A stretch of DNA of 63,966 bases, the filler included, from Caldilineae bacterium (GTDB lineage Bacteria; Chloroflexota; Anaerolineae; DTLA01): assembly GCA_037446815.1 (NCBI GenBank). It is 3 parts of 3 records of this genome, joined end to end, with 100 filler letters (N's around TTAATTAATTAA, not from the genome) between each part and the next. Parts side by side here need not be neighbours in the genome. Positions count along the whole stretch, not along the records: positions 1 to 29,600 come from JBBIHX010000023.1; positions 29,701 to 58,837 come from JBBIHX010000024.1; 1 more part is not named here. One strand, 5' to 3'. Positions 21,588 to 30,753 of this stretch are shown here, piece by piece. Both the position numbers and the translations under genes were made by a program. Every line of letters begins with the position of its first letter. Within the stretch, counting starts at the first letter, position 1. The notes beneath the pieces were generated by a model that did no database searches, was not told where the DNA came from, and saw only the letters and a list, made by a program, of their open reading frames with translations.

Positions 21588-21651
21588 AGAAGAAACGCCC
21601 TCGCGGGCGTTCTCCCGATGGCCAATGGCCATCCACCTCCACTACTGGATT
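21586..21651 (-). ncRNA. Putative DUF3800-associated small structured RNA (~65 nt)
   Basis: Downstream of a consensus promoter; stems UCCA/UGGA, GAUGGCC/GGCCAUC, and AACGCCC-GCGA-GGGCGUU followed by UCUUCUUU. Confidence 0.65.
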
Positions 21652-21657
21652 ACCTAT

Positions 21658-21686
21658 ATTATACGGGATTATTGACAGATTGTCAA
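21658..21686 (-). promoter_or_regulatory. Perfect sigma70 promoter pointing antisense to the operon
   Basis: Minus strand TTGACA (21686-21681), 17 nt, TATAAT (21663-21658). Confidence 0.85.
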
Positions 21687-21711
21687 GCACTTTCCCGCAC
21701 AAGGAGGTCGG

Positions 21712-22197
21712 TTGGTGGCCTGGAAGACAACGCTCACGATAGATGGGACCCAATACGAAGTGGAAGTCAGCGGCGACACGGTAACCGTGGACGGGCGGCC
21801 CTTCTCGGTGGTCGTGAAGGGGCGCGAGGTTACGGTCAACGGCGCCAACTATACCGTGGAGTTCGCGGGCGACCAGGTGCTGGTGAACGGCATTCCGCAT
21901 TCCTTCCGGCGGGCGGATGCGGCCAAGCCCTCGGAAGCCCCGGCGACAGCGGCGGCGAAACCGAGCGCGGCCACTGCAGAGGACGCCAACGCCGTCCGGG
22001 CTATCATGCCCGGGAAGGTGCTGCGCGTGCTGGTGAAACCCGGCGACACCGTAGCCGACGGGGATGTGGTGCTCATCCTGGAGGCGATGAAGATGGAGAA
22101 TGAACTCCGTGCTCATCGGGCGGGCAAGGTGAAAGCGGTGCACGCGCAGCCCGGCCAGGATGTGGAGATGGCGCAGGTGCTGGTGGAGATTGAATGA
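21712..22197 (+). CDS. Biotin carboxyl carrier protein (1.3S-like)
   Basis: LEAMKMENE biotinylation motif, Ala-rich linker, AAGGAGG RBS; start TTG 21712 or GTG 21715. Confidence 0.93.
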   Translation: MVAWKTTLTIDGTQYEVEVSGDTVTVDGRPFSVVVKGREVTVNGANYTVEFAGDQVLVNGIPHSFRRADAAKPSEAPATAAAKPSAATAEDANAVRAIMPGKVLRVLVKPGDTVADGDVVLILEAMKMENELRAHRAGKVKAVHAQPGQDVEMAQVLVEIE

Positions 22198-22282
22198 GAA
22201 GCGGCCGGCGATCAGCGGTCAGCAGGCAGCGATGGGTGGTCGGCAGGTGGCGGGCCGCTGACGGCTGATAGCCGATCGCTCA
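22198..22282. repeat. Inverted 7-bp tandem-repeat arms
   Basis: GCGATCAGCGGTCAGCAG ... GCTGACGGCTGATAGCCGATCGC. Confidence 0.65.
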
Positions 22283-22313
22283 TGACCGGTGGCGACGAGT
22301 GGAGGACGTGCGC

Positions 22314-23972
22314 ATGACCCAACTCAGCGACAGCAAGAAGCGGTGGGAGCGCGAGACGGTGGAGCCGCTCGTCCGGAAGTTCCCGGAGCGGCGGGCCGAG
22401 TTCGCGACCGTTTCGGGCATCCCGGTGGAGCGGCTGTACACGCCCGAGGACGTGCCCGTGGACTACGAGCGCGACCTGGGATTCCCGGGCGAGTATCCCT
22501 TCACCCGCGGCGTCCAGCCCACCATGTACCGCGGGCGGCTGTGGACCATGCGCCAGTACGCGGGGTTCGCCACCGCCGAGGAATCCAACCGCCGCTATCG
22601 CTACCTGCTGGAGCAGGGACAGACCGGGCTGTCCGTGGCGTTTGACTTGCCGACGCAAATCGGCTACGACTCGGACCATCCCATGGCCGAGGGCGAGGTG
22701 GGGCGAGTAGGCGTCGCCATCAGTTCGCTGCGGGACATGGAGATTCTGTTTGACGGCATCCCGCTGGACAAGGTCAGCACGTCCATGACTATCAACGCGC
22801 CGGCGACGGTGCTGTTGGCGATGTACATCGCCGTGGCGGAGAAGCAGGGGGTGCCATCGGCAAAACTCCGCGGCACAGTGCAGAACGACATTCTGAAAGA
22901 GTACGTTGCGCGGGGGACGTACATCTTTCCACCCGAGCCGTCCATGCGCCTGGTAACCGACCTGTTCCGTTTCTGCAAAGAGCATGTGCCCCAGTGGAAC
23001 ACGATCTCCGTGAGCGGGTACCACATGCGCGAGGCGGGCGCGACCGCCGTGCAGGAGGTGGCGTTCACGCTGTGCGACGGGATGGCCTACGTGCGGGCGG
23101 CGTTGGATGCGGGGATGGACGTGGACGAGTTCGCGGGGCAAATGGCCTTTTTTTTCGCGTGCCACAACAACCTGCTGGAAGAGGTCGCCAAGTTCCGCGC
23201 GGCGCGGCGCATGTGGGCCAAGATCATGCGGGAGCGGTTCGGCGCCAAGGACCCCCGCTCGTGCATGTTGCGGTTCCACACCCAGACGTCGGGCGTAACG
23301 CTGACGGCCCAGCAGCCGAACAACAACATCATCCGCGTGGCTCTGCAGGCGCTGGCAGCGGTGCTGGGCGGGACGCAGTCGCTGCACACGAACTCGCGCG
23401 ACGAGGCGCTGGCCTTGCCGACGGAGGAATCGGTAACCATCGCGTTGCGCACGCAGCAGATTATCGCCTACGAGAGCGGCGTTGCGGATACCATTGACCC
23501 GCTGGCCGGCAGTTACTACGTGGAGCACCTGACCAACGAGGTGGAGCGGCGGGCATGGGAGTTGATAGACCGCGTGGAGAAGATAGGCGGCGTCTTGAAG
23601 GCGATTGAGAGCGGCTATATCCAGCGGGAACTGCACGAGAGCGCGTACCGCTACCAGAAGGCCGTGGACGCCCGCGACCAGATCGTGGTGGGCGTCAACG
23701 AGTTCGTAACCGACACGCCCGTAACGTTTGAGACGCTGAAGATGGACCCCCAGGTGCGCGACCGGCAGGTGGCACGCCTGCAACAGGTGCGGGCCGAGCG
23801 CGACAACGAGCGGGTGCAGTCGTTGCTGGCGCAACTGCGGCGGGAGGCCGAGGGCGACGCGCCGCTGATGCCGACGATTCTGGAGTGCGTCCGCGCCTAC
23901 GCGACGCTGGGCGAAATCTGCGGCGTCCTGCGGGAGGTGTTCGGGGAGTACCAGCCCGCGACGTTGTGGTGA
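22314..23972 (+). CDS. Methylmalonyl-CoA mutase large (substrate-binding) subunit
   Basis: WTMRQYAGF (Tyr), [14 protein letters not shown] (Arg), [17 protein letters not shown]. Confidence 0.9.
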   Translation: MTQLSDSKKRWERETVEPLVRKFPERRAEFATVSGIPVERLYTPEDVPVDYERDLGFPGEYPFTRGVQPTMYRGRLWTMRQYAGFATAEESNRRYRYLLEQGQTGLSVAFDLPTQIGYDSDHPMAEGEVGRVGVAISSLRDMEILFDGIPLDKVSTSMTINAPATVLLAMYIAVAEKQGVPSAKLRGTVQNDILKEYVARGTYIFPPEPSMRLVTDLFRFCKEHVPQWNTISVSGYHMREAGATAVQEVAFTLCDGMAYVRAALDAGMDVDEFAGQMAFFFACHNNLLEEVAKFRAARRMWAKIMRERFGAKDPRSCMLRFHTQTSGVTLTAQQPNNNIIRVALQALAAVLGGTQSLHTNSRDEALALPTEESVTIALRTQQIIAYESGVADTIDPLAGSYYVEHLTNEVERRAWELIDRVEKIGGVLKAIESGYIQRELHESAYRYQKAVDARDQIVVGVNEFVTDTPVTFETLKMDPQVRDRQVARLQQVRAERDNERVQSLLAQLRREAEGDAPLMPTILECVRAYATLGEICGVLREVFGEYQPATLW

Positions 23973-24242
23973 AGGAGCCGTCAGCCATCAGCGTTCAGCC
24001 GTCAGCGGGGGGCAGCGCGGGACTGGAGCCCTGCGCTGGGGTGGGGAAGCCGCGCGTGGCTTTGCCCTTTCAGCCCGACGGCTTCAGCGTCGGGCGGGGG
24101 CATCCCACAGGATGTATGGCTACCTGTCCACGCGGACAGGCTTCGGCCTCGGGCCAAAGGCTAATGGCTATAGGCCAACGGCCAACGGCCAGGGGCTATA
24201 GGCTAACGGCCAACGGCCGACCGCTGATGGCCGAACGCTGAA
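23973..24242. repeat. Long 7-bp tandem-repeat arms enclosing non-coding DNA
   Basis: TCAGCCA-TCAGCGT-TCAGCCG-TCAGC ... about 12 GGCYAAN-type units ending GCTGA. Confidence 0.7.
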
Positions 24243-24256
24243 TGCTACAAACGGAG

Positions 24257-24661
24257 ATGACCATGAACAAAATCGCGCACATCGGAATCGTTGTCAGAGA
24301 CCTGGACGTGGCGCTGGCGTTGTTCCGCGATGCGCTGGGGCTCCACGTGGAGTATCGCCGCGCTGTGCCGGAGCAGGGCGTGGAGATCGTCGGCCTGCCC
24401 GTGGGCGAGAGCGAGATTGAACTGCTTCGGCCCCTCTCGCCAGATAGCGGCGTCGCCAAGTTCCTGGAGAAGCGCGGCGAGGGCATTCATCACGTCTGCT
24501 TTGAGGTGGACGACGTGGAGGCGACCCTCCGAACCCTGGAATCGCGCGGGTATGAGTTGATTGACCGGACGCCGCGCGTGGGGGAGGGCGGGCGCAGGTA
24601 CGCCTTCGTCCACCCCAAAGGCACGCATGGGGTGATGATTGAGTTCTACGAGAAGAAGTAG
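24257..24661 (+). CDS. mce: Methylmalonyl-CoA epimerase
   Basis: HIGIVV, EIELL.P, GEGIHHVCFEV, FVHPK...GVMIE; operon context. Confidence 0.9.
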   Translation: MTMNKIAHIGIVVRDLDVALALFRDALGLHVEYRRAVPEQGVEIVGLPVGESEIELLRPLSPDSGVAKFLEKRGEGIHHVCFEVDDVEATLRTLESRGYELIDRTPRVGEGGRRYAFVHPKGTHGVMIEFYEKK

Positions 24662-24740
24662 CATTCAGCCATCAGCCTTCAGCGATCAGCAAAGACTTGC
24701 CCGACAACGCTGAACGCTGATTGCTGACGGCTGACCGCTG
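24662..24740. repeat. Inverted 7-bp tandem-repeat arms
   Basis: TCAGCCA-TCAGCCT-TCAGCGA-TCAGC ... GCTGAAC-GCTGATT-GCTGACG-GCTGACC-GCTG. Confidence 0.75.
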
Positions 24741-24748
24741 GGGGGAAT

Positions 24749-25276
24749 ATGCCACTAAAGCGCGGTCTCATACAAGTCTACACCGGCAATGGGAAGGGCA
24801 AGACTACCGCGGCGCTGGGGTTGGCGCTGCGGGCATCGGGGCACGGGTTCAGGGTCTACATCATCCAGTTCATGAAGGGCTGGCCCAACTACGGCGAGTT
24901 GAAGGCCGTGGAGCATCTACCGAGCGTGAAGTTGCGCCAGTTCGGGCGGGCCGAGTTCGTGGACAGGGACAACCCTGACCCCGCCGATGTCCGCATGGCC
25001 CACGATGCCCTTCGCCACGCGGCCGAGGTCATGGCGCGGGGCGAGTGCGATATCCTCATCCTGGACGAGATCAACGTGGCGCTGGATTTCGGGCTGATCA
25101 CCCTGGATGAGGTGCTGCGCCTGCTGGACGCGAAGCCGCCGACGATGGAACTGGTGCTGACGGGCCGCAACGCGCATCCGGAACTCATCCGCCGCGCCGA
25201 CCTGGTAACCGAGATGCTGGACATCAAGCATCCGTATGCGGAGGGAGTTGCAGCGCGAAAAGGGATAGAGTACTGA
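24749..25276 (+). CDS. cobO: Cob(I)yrinic acid a,c-diamide adenosyltransferase
   Basis: YTGNGKGKTTAALG, QFMKG, LDEIN, LTGR, KHPY...GIEY. Confidence 0.95.
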   Translation: MPLKRGLIQVYTGNGKGKTTAALGLALRASGHGFRVYIIQFMKGWPNYGELKAVEHLPSVKLRQFGRAEFVDRDNPDPADVRMAHDALRHAAEVMARGECDILILDEINVALDFGLITLDEVLRLLDAKPPTMELVLTGRNAHPELIRRADLVTEMLDIKHPYAEGVAARKGIEY

Positions 25277-25359
25277 TTTCACCGCAGAGACTGCAGAGAG
25301 AACACAGAGACAAACAGATTGGTTTTCCTCTGCGGCCTCGGCGATCTCAGCGGTGAAAT
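25276..25359. repeat. Palindromic repeat with ~9-bp periodic arms (CACCGCAGAG / GCGGTG)
   Basis: ATTTCACCGCAGAG...CTCAGCGGTGAAAT; related units at 28544-28731. Confidence 0.7.
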
Positions 25360-25376
25360 AGCCTGGGAGGTAACGA

Positions 25377-27056
25377 ATGTTTGACAAGAAGGAAATTGAC
25401 GCAATTTCAGTCGACCGCAAACGGTGGGAAGAGACGACCTTAAAGGAGTCGCTTCGCCGCCTGCCCGAGTGCCGCGAGAAGTTCATCACGGTGTCGGGCG
25501 AGCCGATACAGCGGCTGTACACGCCCGCCGACATCGGGGACATGGACTTCGGCCGCGACATCGGCTGGCCGGGCGAGTTCCCCTTCACCCGTGGCGTCCA
25601 CCCCACCATGTACCGTAGCCGCCTGTGGACGATGCGCATGTTCGCGGGCTTCGGCACGGCCGAGGAGACGAACGCGCGGTTCAAGTACCTGCTCAAGCAC
25701 GGCGAGACCGGCCTTTCCGTCGCCTTTGACATGCCCACGCTGTACGGCTACGACACCGACGCGCCCGAAGCCGCCGGCGAGTTCGGCAAGTGCGGCGTGG
25801 CGGTGTCCTCGCTGGCCGACATGGAAATCCTGTTTGACGGCATCCCGATGGGGGAGATCACCACATCCATGACCATCAACGCGCCTGCCGCGGTCATCTG
25901 GGCCATGTACCTTGTCGCCGCCGAGAAGCAGGGCTGGAAGATGGAGCAACTGGGCGGCACCATCCAGAATGACATCCTGAAGGAGTACATCGCCCAGAAG
26001 GAGTTCCTGTTCCCGCCCAAGCCGTCCATGCGGCTCATCGTGGACACCATGGAGTTTGGCAGCAAGCACGTGCCCAAGTGGAACACCATCTCCATCAGCG
26101 GCTACCACATCCGCGAGGCGGGGGCCACGGCGGCGCAGGAGTTGGCCTTCACCCTGGCGGATGGGATGACCTACGTGGAGTGGGCGATGCAGCGCGGGCT
26201 GGATGTGGATGAATTCGCCCCGCGCCTGTCGTTCTTCTTCAATGCGCACATGGACTTCTTTGAGGAGATTGCCAAGTACAGGGCCGCGCGGCGCATCTGG
26301 GCCAAAGTCATGCGCGACAAGTTCGGCGCGAAGAACCCGCGGTCGTGGTGGCTGCGCTTCCATACCCAGACGGCGGGGTGCAGTCTGACGGCCCAGCAGC
26401 CGGAGAACAACATCGTCCGCACGGCGCTGGAGGCGCTGTCGGCCGTGCTGGGCGGGACACAGTCGCTCCACACCAACTCCATGGATGAGGCGCTGGCCCT
26501 GCCGTCGGAGAAGGCCGTTACCATCGCCTTGCGCACGCAGCAGATTATCGCCCATGAGTCGGGGGTTACCAATACGGTAGATCCGCTCGCGGGCAGTTTC
26601 TTCGTGGAGGCCTTGACCAACCGCATGGAAGAGGAGGCCAATCGCTACTTCCGCGAGATTGAGGCCCTGGGCGGCGTCCTGGCGGCCATTGAGAAGGGCT
26701 ACTTCCAGCGGCAGATTGCGGAGTCGGCCTACCGCTACCAGCGGGAGATTGACACCAAGGCGCGGGTCGTCGTCGGCGTCAACGAGTACGTGGCCGAGGA
26801 GCCGCTGGAGATTCCCCTGCTGGAGATGGATAGGGAGGGCGAGCGGCGGCAGATTGCCCGTCTCCAGCGGGTGCGGGCCGAACGCAACAACGAGGCGGTG
26901 AGCCAGAAACTGGCCGCGCTGGAGGAAGCGGCACGGGGCACGCAAAACCTGATGCCATTTATCATAGACGCAGTGCGGGAGTACGCGACGCTGGGCGAAA
27001 TCTGCGACGTGTTCCGCAAGGTCTTCGGGGAGTATCGGGAGCCGGTGTATTTCTAG
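25377..27056 (+). CDS. Acyl-CoA mutase large subunit, isobutyryl-CoA mutase (IcmA)-type
   Basis: Paralogue of 22314 with WTMRMFAGF (Phe) and KEYIAQKEF (Gln) at the two specificity positions. Confidence 0.8.
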   Translation: MFDKKEIDAISVDRKRWEETTLKESLRRLPECREKFITVSGEPIQRLYTPADIGDMDFGRDIGWPGEFPFTRGVHPTMYRSRLWTMRMFAGFGTAEETNARFKYLLKHGETGLSVAFDMPTLYGYDTDAPEAAGEFGKCGVAVSSLADMEILFDGIPMGEITTSMTINAPAAVIWAMYLVAAEKQGWKMEQLGGTIQNDILKEYIAQKEFLFPPKPSMRLIVDTMEFGSKHVPKWNTISISGYHIREAGATAAQELAFTLADGMTYVEWAMQRGLDVDEFAPRLSFFFNAHMDFFEEIAKYRAARRIWAKVMRDKFGAKNPRSWWLRFHTQTAGCSLTAQQPENNIVRTALEALSAVLGGTQSLHTNSMDEALALPSEKAVTIALRTQQIIAHESGVTNTVDPLAGSFFVEALTNRMEEEANRYFREIEALGGVLAAIEKGYFQRQIAESAYRYQREIDTKARVVVGVNEYVAEEPLEIPLLEMDREGERRQIARLQRVRAERNNEAVSQKLAALEEAARGTQNLMPFIIDAVREYATLGEICDVFRKVFGEYREPVYF

Positions 27057-27172
27057 CAGCAGATGGCCGTCAGCGATCAGCAGTCAGCCGACAGGTGGCG
27101 GCGGTTGTCCATCTGCGAGGCTCGGTGCCCTCATGCAGGCCGCCGACTGCAGATCGCTGACCGCTGAACGCT
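27054..27172. repeat. Inverted 7-bp tandem-repeat arms
   Basis: TCAGCGA-TCAGCAG-TCAGCCG ... GCTGACC-GCTGAAC-GCT. Confidence 0.65.
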
Positions 27173-27187
27173 ATCATGGAGGACGAA

Positions 27188-27610
27188 ATGCCAGAAGAGA
27201 AGATACGCATCTTGATTGCCAAGCCCGGCCTGGACGGCCACGACCGAGGAGCCAAGGTCATCGCCCGCGCCCTGCGCGACGCCGGCATGGAGGTCATCTA
27301 CACCGGCCTGCGCCAGACGCCGGAGATGATCGTGGAGGCGGCGCTGCAGGAGGACGTGGACGCCATCGGCCTGTCCGTCCTGTCGGGCGCGCATATGACC
27401 CTGTTCCCGCGCGTGATTCAGTTGCTGAAAGAGAAGGGGCTGGAGGACGTCCTCGTCTTCGGCGGCGGCATCATCCCGGACCAGGATGTGCCGGAACTGA
27501 AGCGGCTGGGCGTGCGGGGCATCTTCGGGCCGGGCACGTCCACCGACGTGATTGTGGAATTCGTCCGCGAGGAGATTCGGCGGCATCGGGCCGGGGAGCC
27601 TCGCCAGTGA
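27188..27610 (+). CDS. Cobalamin-binding small subunit of acyl-CoA mutase
   Basis: [10 protein letters not shown] (DxHxxG), SVLSGAH, GGIIP, IFGPGT. Confidence 0.95.
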   Translation: MPEEKIRILIAKPGLDGHDRGAKVIARALRDAGMEVIYTGLRQTPEMIVEAALQEDVDAIGLSVLSGAHMTLFPRVIQLLKEKGLEDVLVFGGGIIPDQDVPELKRLGVRGIFGPGTSTDVIVEFVREEIRRHRAGEPRQ

Positions 27611-28563
27611 GCCGATTTTCGCCGCAGCAATTGGCCCAGGGGGTGCTGGCGGGCGATTCGCGGGCGCTGGCCCGGCTCATCTCTTGGGTGGAGGATGAAG
27701 TCCCGCTGGCCCGCGCCGCCCTGGCGATTCTATATCCCCGCACAGGCCGCGCCCACCTGGTAGGCATCACCGGCGCGCCGGGCACCGGCAAGAGTACCCT
27801 GGTCAACGAGATGGCCAAGGTGTACCGCCGCCGGAACCTGACCGTGGGCATCGTGGCCGTAGACCCCACCAGCCCGTTCAGCGGCGGCGCGATCCTGGGC
27901 GACCGAGTCCGCATGCGCGAACTGGCGGGGGACCCGGGCATCTTCATCCGCAGCATGGCGACGCGGGGCAGTCTCGGTGGGCTGGCGCGGGCCACATCGG
28001 ACGTGGTGAAGGTGCTGGACGCGGCGGGGTACGATCGCATCCTCATTGAGACGGTGGGCGCGGGCCAGGCGGAGGTGGACATCGCCAAGACCGCCCATAC
28101 GACCATCGTCGTAGAGGCACCCGGGTTTGGCGACGACATCCAGGCCATCAAGGCCGGCATCCTGGAAATCGCCGACGTATTCGCGGTGAACAAGGCCGAT
28201 CGCGAAGGGGCCGATTCCACGGTAACCGCGCTGGAGATGATGCTGGACCTCAACGGCACGGAGCCGGGGCAGTGGCGCCCGCCCATCGTCAAGACGGTGG
28301 CCATCCGCGGCGATGGCGTAGCCGAACTGGTGGACCGCGTGGAGGAGCACTACGAGCACCTGCGGCAGAGCGGCCTTCTCGCTCGCAAGGAGGCGGAGCG
28401 CGTCCGCGACGAGTTGGTGGCGCTGGTGCAGCACGAACTGACCGAGGCGCTGCTGGCATCGCTGCGGCCTGGGGAACTGGACGAATGGGTGCGGCGCGTG
28501 GCCAGCCGCGAGGCCGACCCCTACGCCGCCGCCTGGAATCTGGTTCACCGCGGAGGTCGCTGA
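27607..28563 (+). CDS. meaB: Mutase-associated GTPase MeaB/ArgK
   Basis: [46 protein letters not shown] overlap. Confidence 0.95.
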   Translation: MSRFSPQQLAQGVLAGDSRALARLISWVEDEVPLARAALAILYPRTGRAHLVGITGAPGTGKSTLVNEMAKVYRRRNLTVGIVAVDPTSPFSGGAILGDRVRMRELAGDPGIFIRSMATRGSLGGLARATSDVVKVLDAAGYDRILIETVGAGQAEVDIAKTAHTTIVVEAPGFGDDIQAIKAGILEIADVFAVNKADREGADSTVTALEMMLDLNGTEPGQWRPPIVKTVAIRGDGVAELVDRVEEHYEHLRQSGLLARKEAERVRDELVALVQHELTEALLASLRPGELDEWVRRVASREADPYAAAWNLVHRGGR

Positions 28564-28761
28564 GACCGCAGAGGCTTCGGACAAATTCTTCCGAATTTCT
28601 CCGCGCTCTCTGTGTTCTTTGTGGTGAGCCTGTTCACCAACGACTTGGGGGACTCACCAGAGAGATTGCAGAGGAAGGGATTTTGGTAGTATCTTTCGGA
28701 TTTCTCTGCGCTCTCGGCGGTCTCCGCGGTGAGTTCATTGTCCTATGAAAGGCTGTTGTCA

Positions 28762-29376
28762 ATGCGGCTTATCTTCGTGCGGCATGGCGAGTCGGTGTGG
28801 AACGTGGAGGGGCGGGTGCAGGGCATCGCAGACCCGCCGCTGAGCGAACGCGGTCGCGAGCAGGCGCGCCTCGTCGCCGAACGGATTGCACGTGAGTTTC
28901 GCCCCGCGGCGGTGTACGCCAGCGCGTTGCAGCGGGCGACGGAAACAGGGCGCATCATTGCCGAGCGGCTGGGCCTGCCGCTGAACGTGGACGCCCGCCT
29001 GAACGAGTACGACATCGGCGCGTTTACCGGCCTGACGGGCGCCGAGGTCGCGGAGCGGTATCCCGAAATCCACGCCCGGTGGGAGATGGACGTGCAGTGG
29101 GTGCCGGTCCCAGGCGAGGAGGGACTGTATCCGTTTCTGGATCGGATCACGAAGGCCATCGGGGAAATCGTTGCGGCGCACCCGGGCGATGCGGAGGTGG
29201 TGGTGGTTACCCACGGCGGGGTGATGTCGCTGTACCTGGGCGACCTTATCGGCCTGAACCCGCGCATGCGCATGCCGTGGTGGTTTGCCAATGCGTCTAT
29301 CACCATCGTGGAGCCGGAGGGCTCCAGGCCGAGGATTGTGAGATTGAATGATGTGGGGCATTTGAGCCTCACCTAA
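28762..29376 (+). CDS. Histidine phosphatase family protein (CobC/PGM-like)
   Basis: VRHGES, RLNE, THGG, NASIT, LNDVGHL. Confidence 0.9.
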   Translation: MRLIFVRHGESVWNVEGRVQGIADPPLSERGREQARLVAERIAREFRPAAVYASALQRATETGRIIAERLGLPLNVDARLNEYDIGAFTGLTGAEVAERYPEIHARWEMDVQWVPVPGEEGLYPFLDRITKAIGEIVAAHPGDAEVVVVTHGGVMSLYLGDLIGLNPRMRMPWWFANASITIVEPEGSRPRIVRLNDVGHLSLT

Positions 29377-29465
29377 CCCCTCCCACACCCTACCCGGTCC
29401 GCCCGCGGGTGCGAGATTCTTCGCCGCTTCGCGGCTCGGAATGACAGGTTGCCGCGATTGCTCTG

Positions 29466-29600
29466 CGCCCTCACCCCGGCCCTCTCCCAGCGGGCGAGGG
29501 GGCGACGCCCTCACCCTAGCCCTCTCCCAGCGGGCGAGGGGGCGACGCCCTCACCCCGGCCCTCTCCCAGCGGGCGAGGGGGCGACGCCCTCACCCTAGC
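29466..29600 (+). repeat. Tandem 40-bp CCCTCACCC..CCCTCTCCC..GGGCGAGGG palindromic repeats running into the contig end
   Basis: Units start at 29466, 29506, 29546, 29586; related single copies near 2358, 10102, 17041, 17195, 53711. Confidence 0.85.
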
Positions 29601-29700
29601 NNNNNNNNNNNNNNNNNNNNNNNNNNNNNNNNNNNNNNNNNNNNTTAATTAATTAANNNNNNNNNNNNNNNNNNNNNNNNNNNNNNNNNNNNNNNNNNNN
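29601..29700. other. Artificial contig-joining linker
   Basis: 44 N + TTAATTAATTAA (stops in all six frames) + 44 N. Confidence 0.95.
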
Positions 29701-29885
29701 CTTGCAAGCTTTCTCCCGCCTTGTGCCGCCGAACAATCTCCTCCCGAACCGCATACGATATCGCTTCCGGCATATTATCCCTCCTCTGCAAGATGGGTAC
29801 AACCCTACAGCGTGCGACAGGCCGGACGCGCCTACAGGCGCAATCGCGCGCGCCCCCACCCGCGGATACAACACGCGGTCGCGCG

Positions 29886-29914
29886 TTGACGAGATGCCAA
29901 ACCCCGAGTATAGT
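29886..29914 (+). promoter_or_regulatory. sigma70-type promoter for the amidase
   Basis: TTGACG-17-TATAGT. Confidence 0.55.
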
Positions 29915-29956
29915 AGCACCGGTGGCACACGATCACGCTTCGGGGGAGCACCGCGG

Positions 29957-30682
29957 TTGACCGAGAGGATCCAGCACCGGCTGAAATGGGCCGAGCGACT
30001 GCTGCTCGGCGCGCTCGTGGTAACGTGCGGCGCGCTCGTTTACCTTGCCGTGTTCTCCGGCCCAGGGCCTGCTGCCCCCGCGCCGACTCCGACGCCAACG
30101 TCCATATTCCTGGCCCAGCACCCGAACCCCAGGCCCCAGGGCCTTCCCGCCAAGAAGGTCGGCATCATCCCTGGGCATTGGCAGAACGACTCCGGCGCGG
30201 TGTGCGAAGACGGCCTCACGGAAGTATCCATCACCGTGAGCGTCGCCAACAAGGTGCGGGAACTGCTGGAATGGTATGGGTACGACGTGGAACTCCTGCC
30301 GGAGTTTTCTCCCCACATCCTGGGCTATGTGGCCGATGCTTTTCTCTCCATCCACGTGGACTCGTGCGAGCCGATAGAGGGGGCCACGGGGTTCAAGGTG
30401 GCCCGCGTGGAGAACAGCGCCATCCCCGAGCAGGATGACCGGCTTGTGGCGTGCCTGTGGAAGGAGTACCAGGCGGCCACGCAGTTGCCGCGCCACGAGG
30501 GCAGCATCACCAACGACATGCTGCATTACCACGCACTGAAGGAGATCGCCCCGCAAACGCCGGGCGCCATCATTGAAATCGGCTTCCTGCGCCTGGACCG
30601 CGAAACCCTTGTGCTGCGGCAAGATGCCATCGCGCAGGGCATCGCCAATGGGCTGATCTGCTTTCTGGAGGGCGGGCCGTAG
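29957..30682 (+). CDS. Membrane-anchored N-acetylmuramoyl-L-alanine amidase (Amidase_3)
   Basis: TM helix, PT linker, IPGH...GA...E, FLSIHVD, IIEIGFL; TTG start after GGGGGAG. Confidence 0.85.
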   Translation: MTERIQHRLKWAERLLLGALVVTCGALVYLAVFSGPGPAAPAPTPTPTSIFLAQHPNPRPQGLPAKKVGIIPGHWQNDSGAVCEDGLTEVSITVSVANKVRELLEWYGYDVELLPEFSPHILGYVADAFLSIHVDSCEPIEGATGFKVARVENSAIPEQDDRLVACLWKEYQAATQLPRHEGSITNDMLHYHALKEIAPQTPGAIIEIGFLRLDRETLVLRQDAIAQGIANGLICFLEGGP

Positions 30683-30685
30683 CGC

Positions 30686-30720
30686 ACGTGCGACGCACCT
30701 GGCGAGCATGCGTCGCACGT
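30686..30720. repeat. REP-like palindrome between convergent genes
   Basis: ACGTGCGACGCA...TGCGTCGCACGT; family copies at 53797, 55283 (partial), 63791. Confidence 0.7.
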
Positions 30721-30753
30721 GGATGGGCGCCTACCCGGCCCCTTGCCCGAGCG

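Noticed and set aside
21081..21632. 183-aa antisense ORF with GGAGG just downstream of the strong minus-strand promoter
   Set aside because: RBS spacing is only 3 nt, a terminator follows within about 45 nt, and it is antisense to a well-formed gene; a non-coding RNA fits better.
29466..29600. Regularly spaced repeats resembling a CRISPR array
   Set aside because: Head-to-tail 40-bp units with no unique spacers and no cas genes; they belong to a dispersed palindrome family.
29601..29700. TTAATTAATTAA palindrome within N runs (also 58838-58937)
   Set aside because: Identical synthetic six-frame-stop linker; not biological, so adjacency across it is not evidence of linkage.
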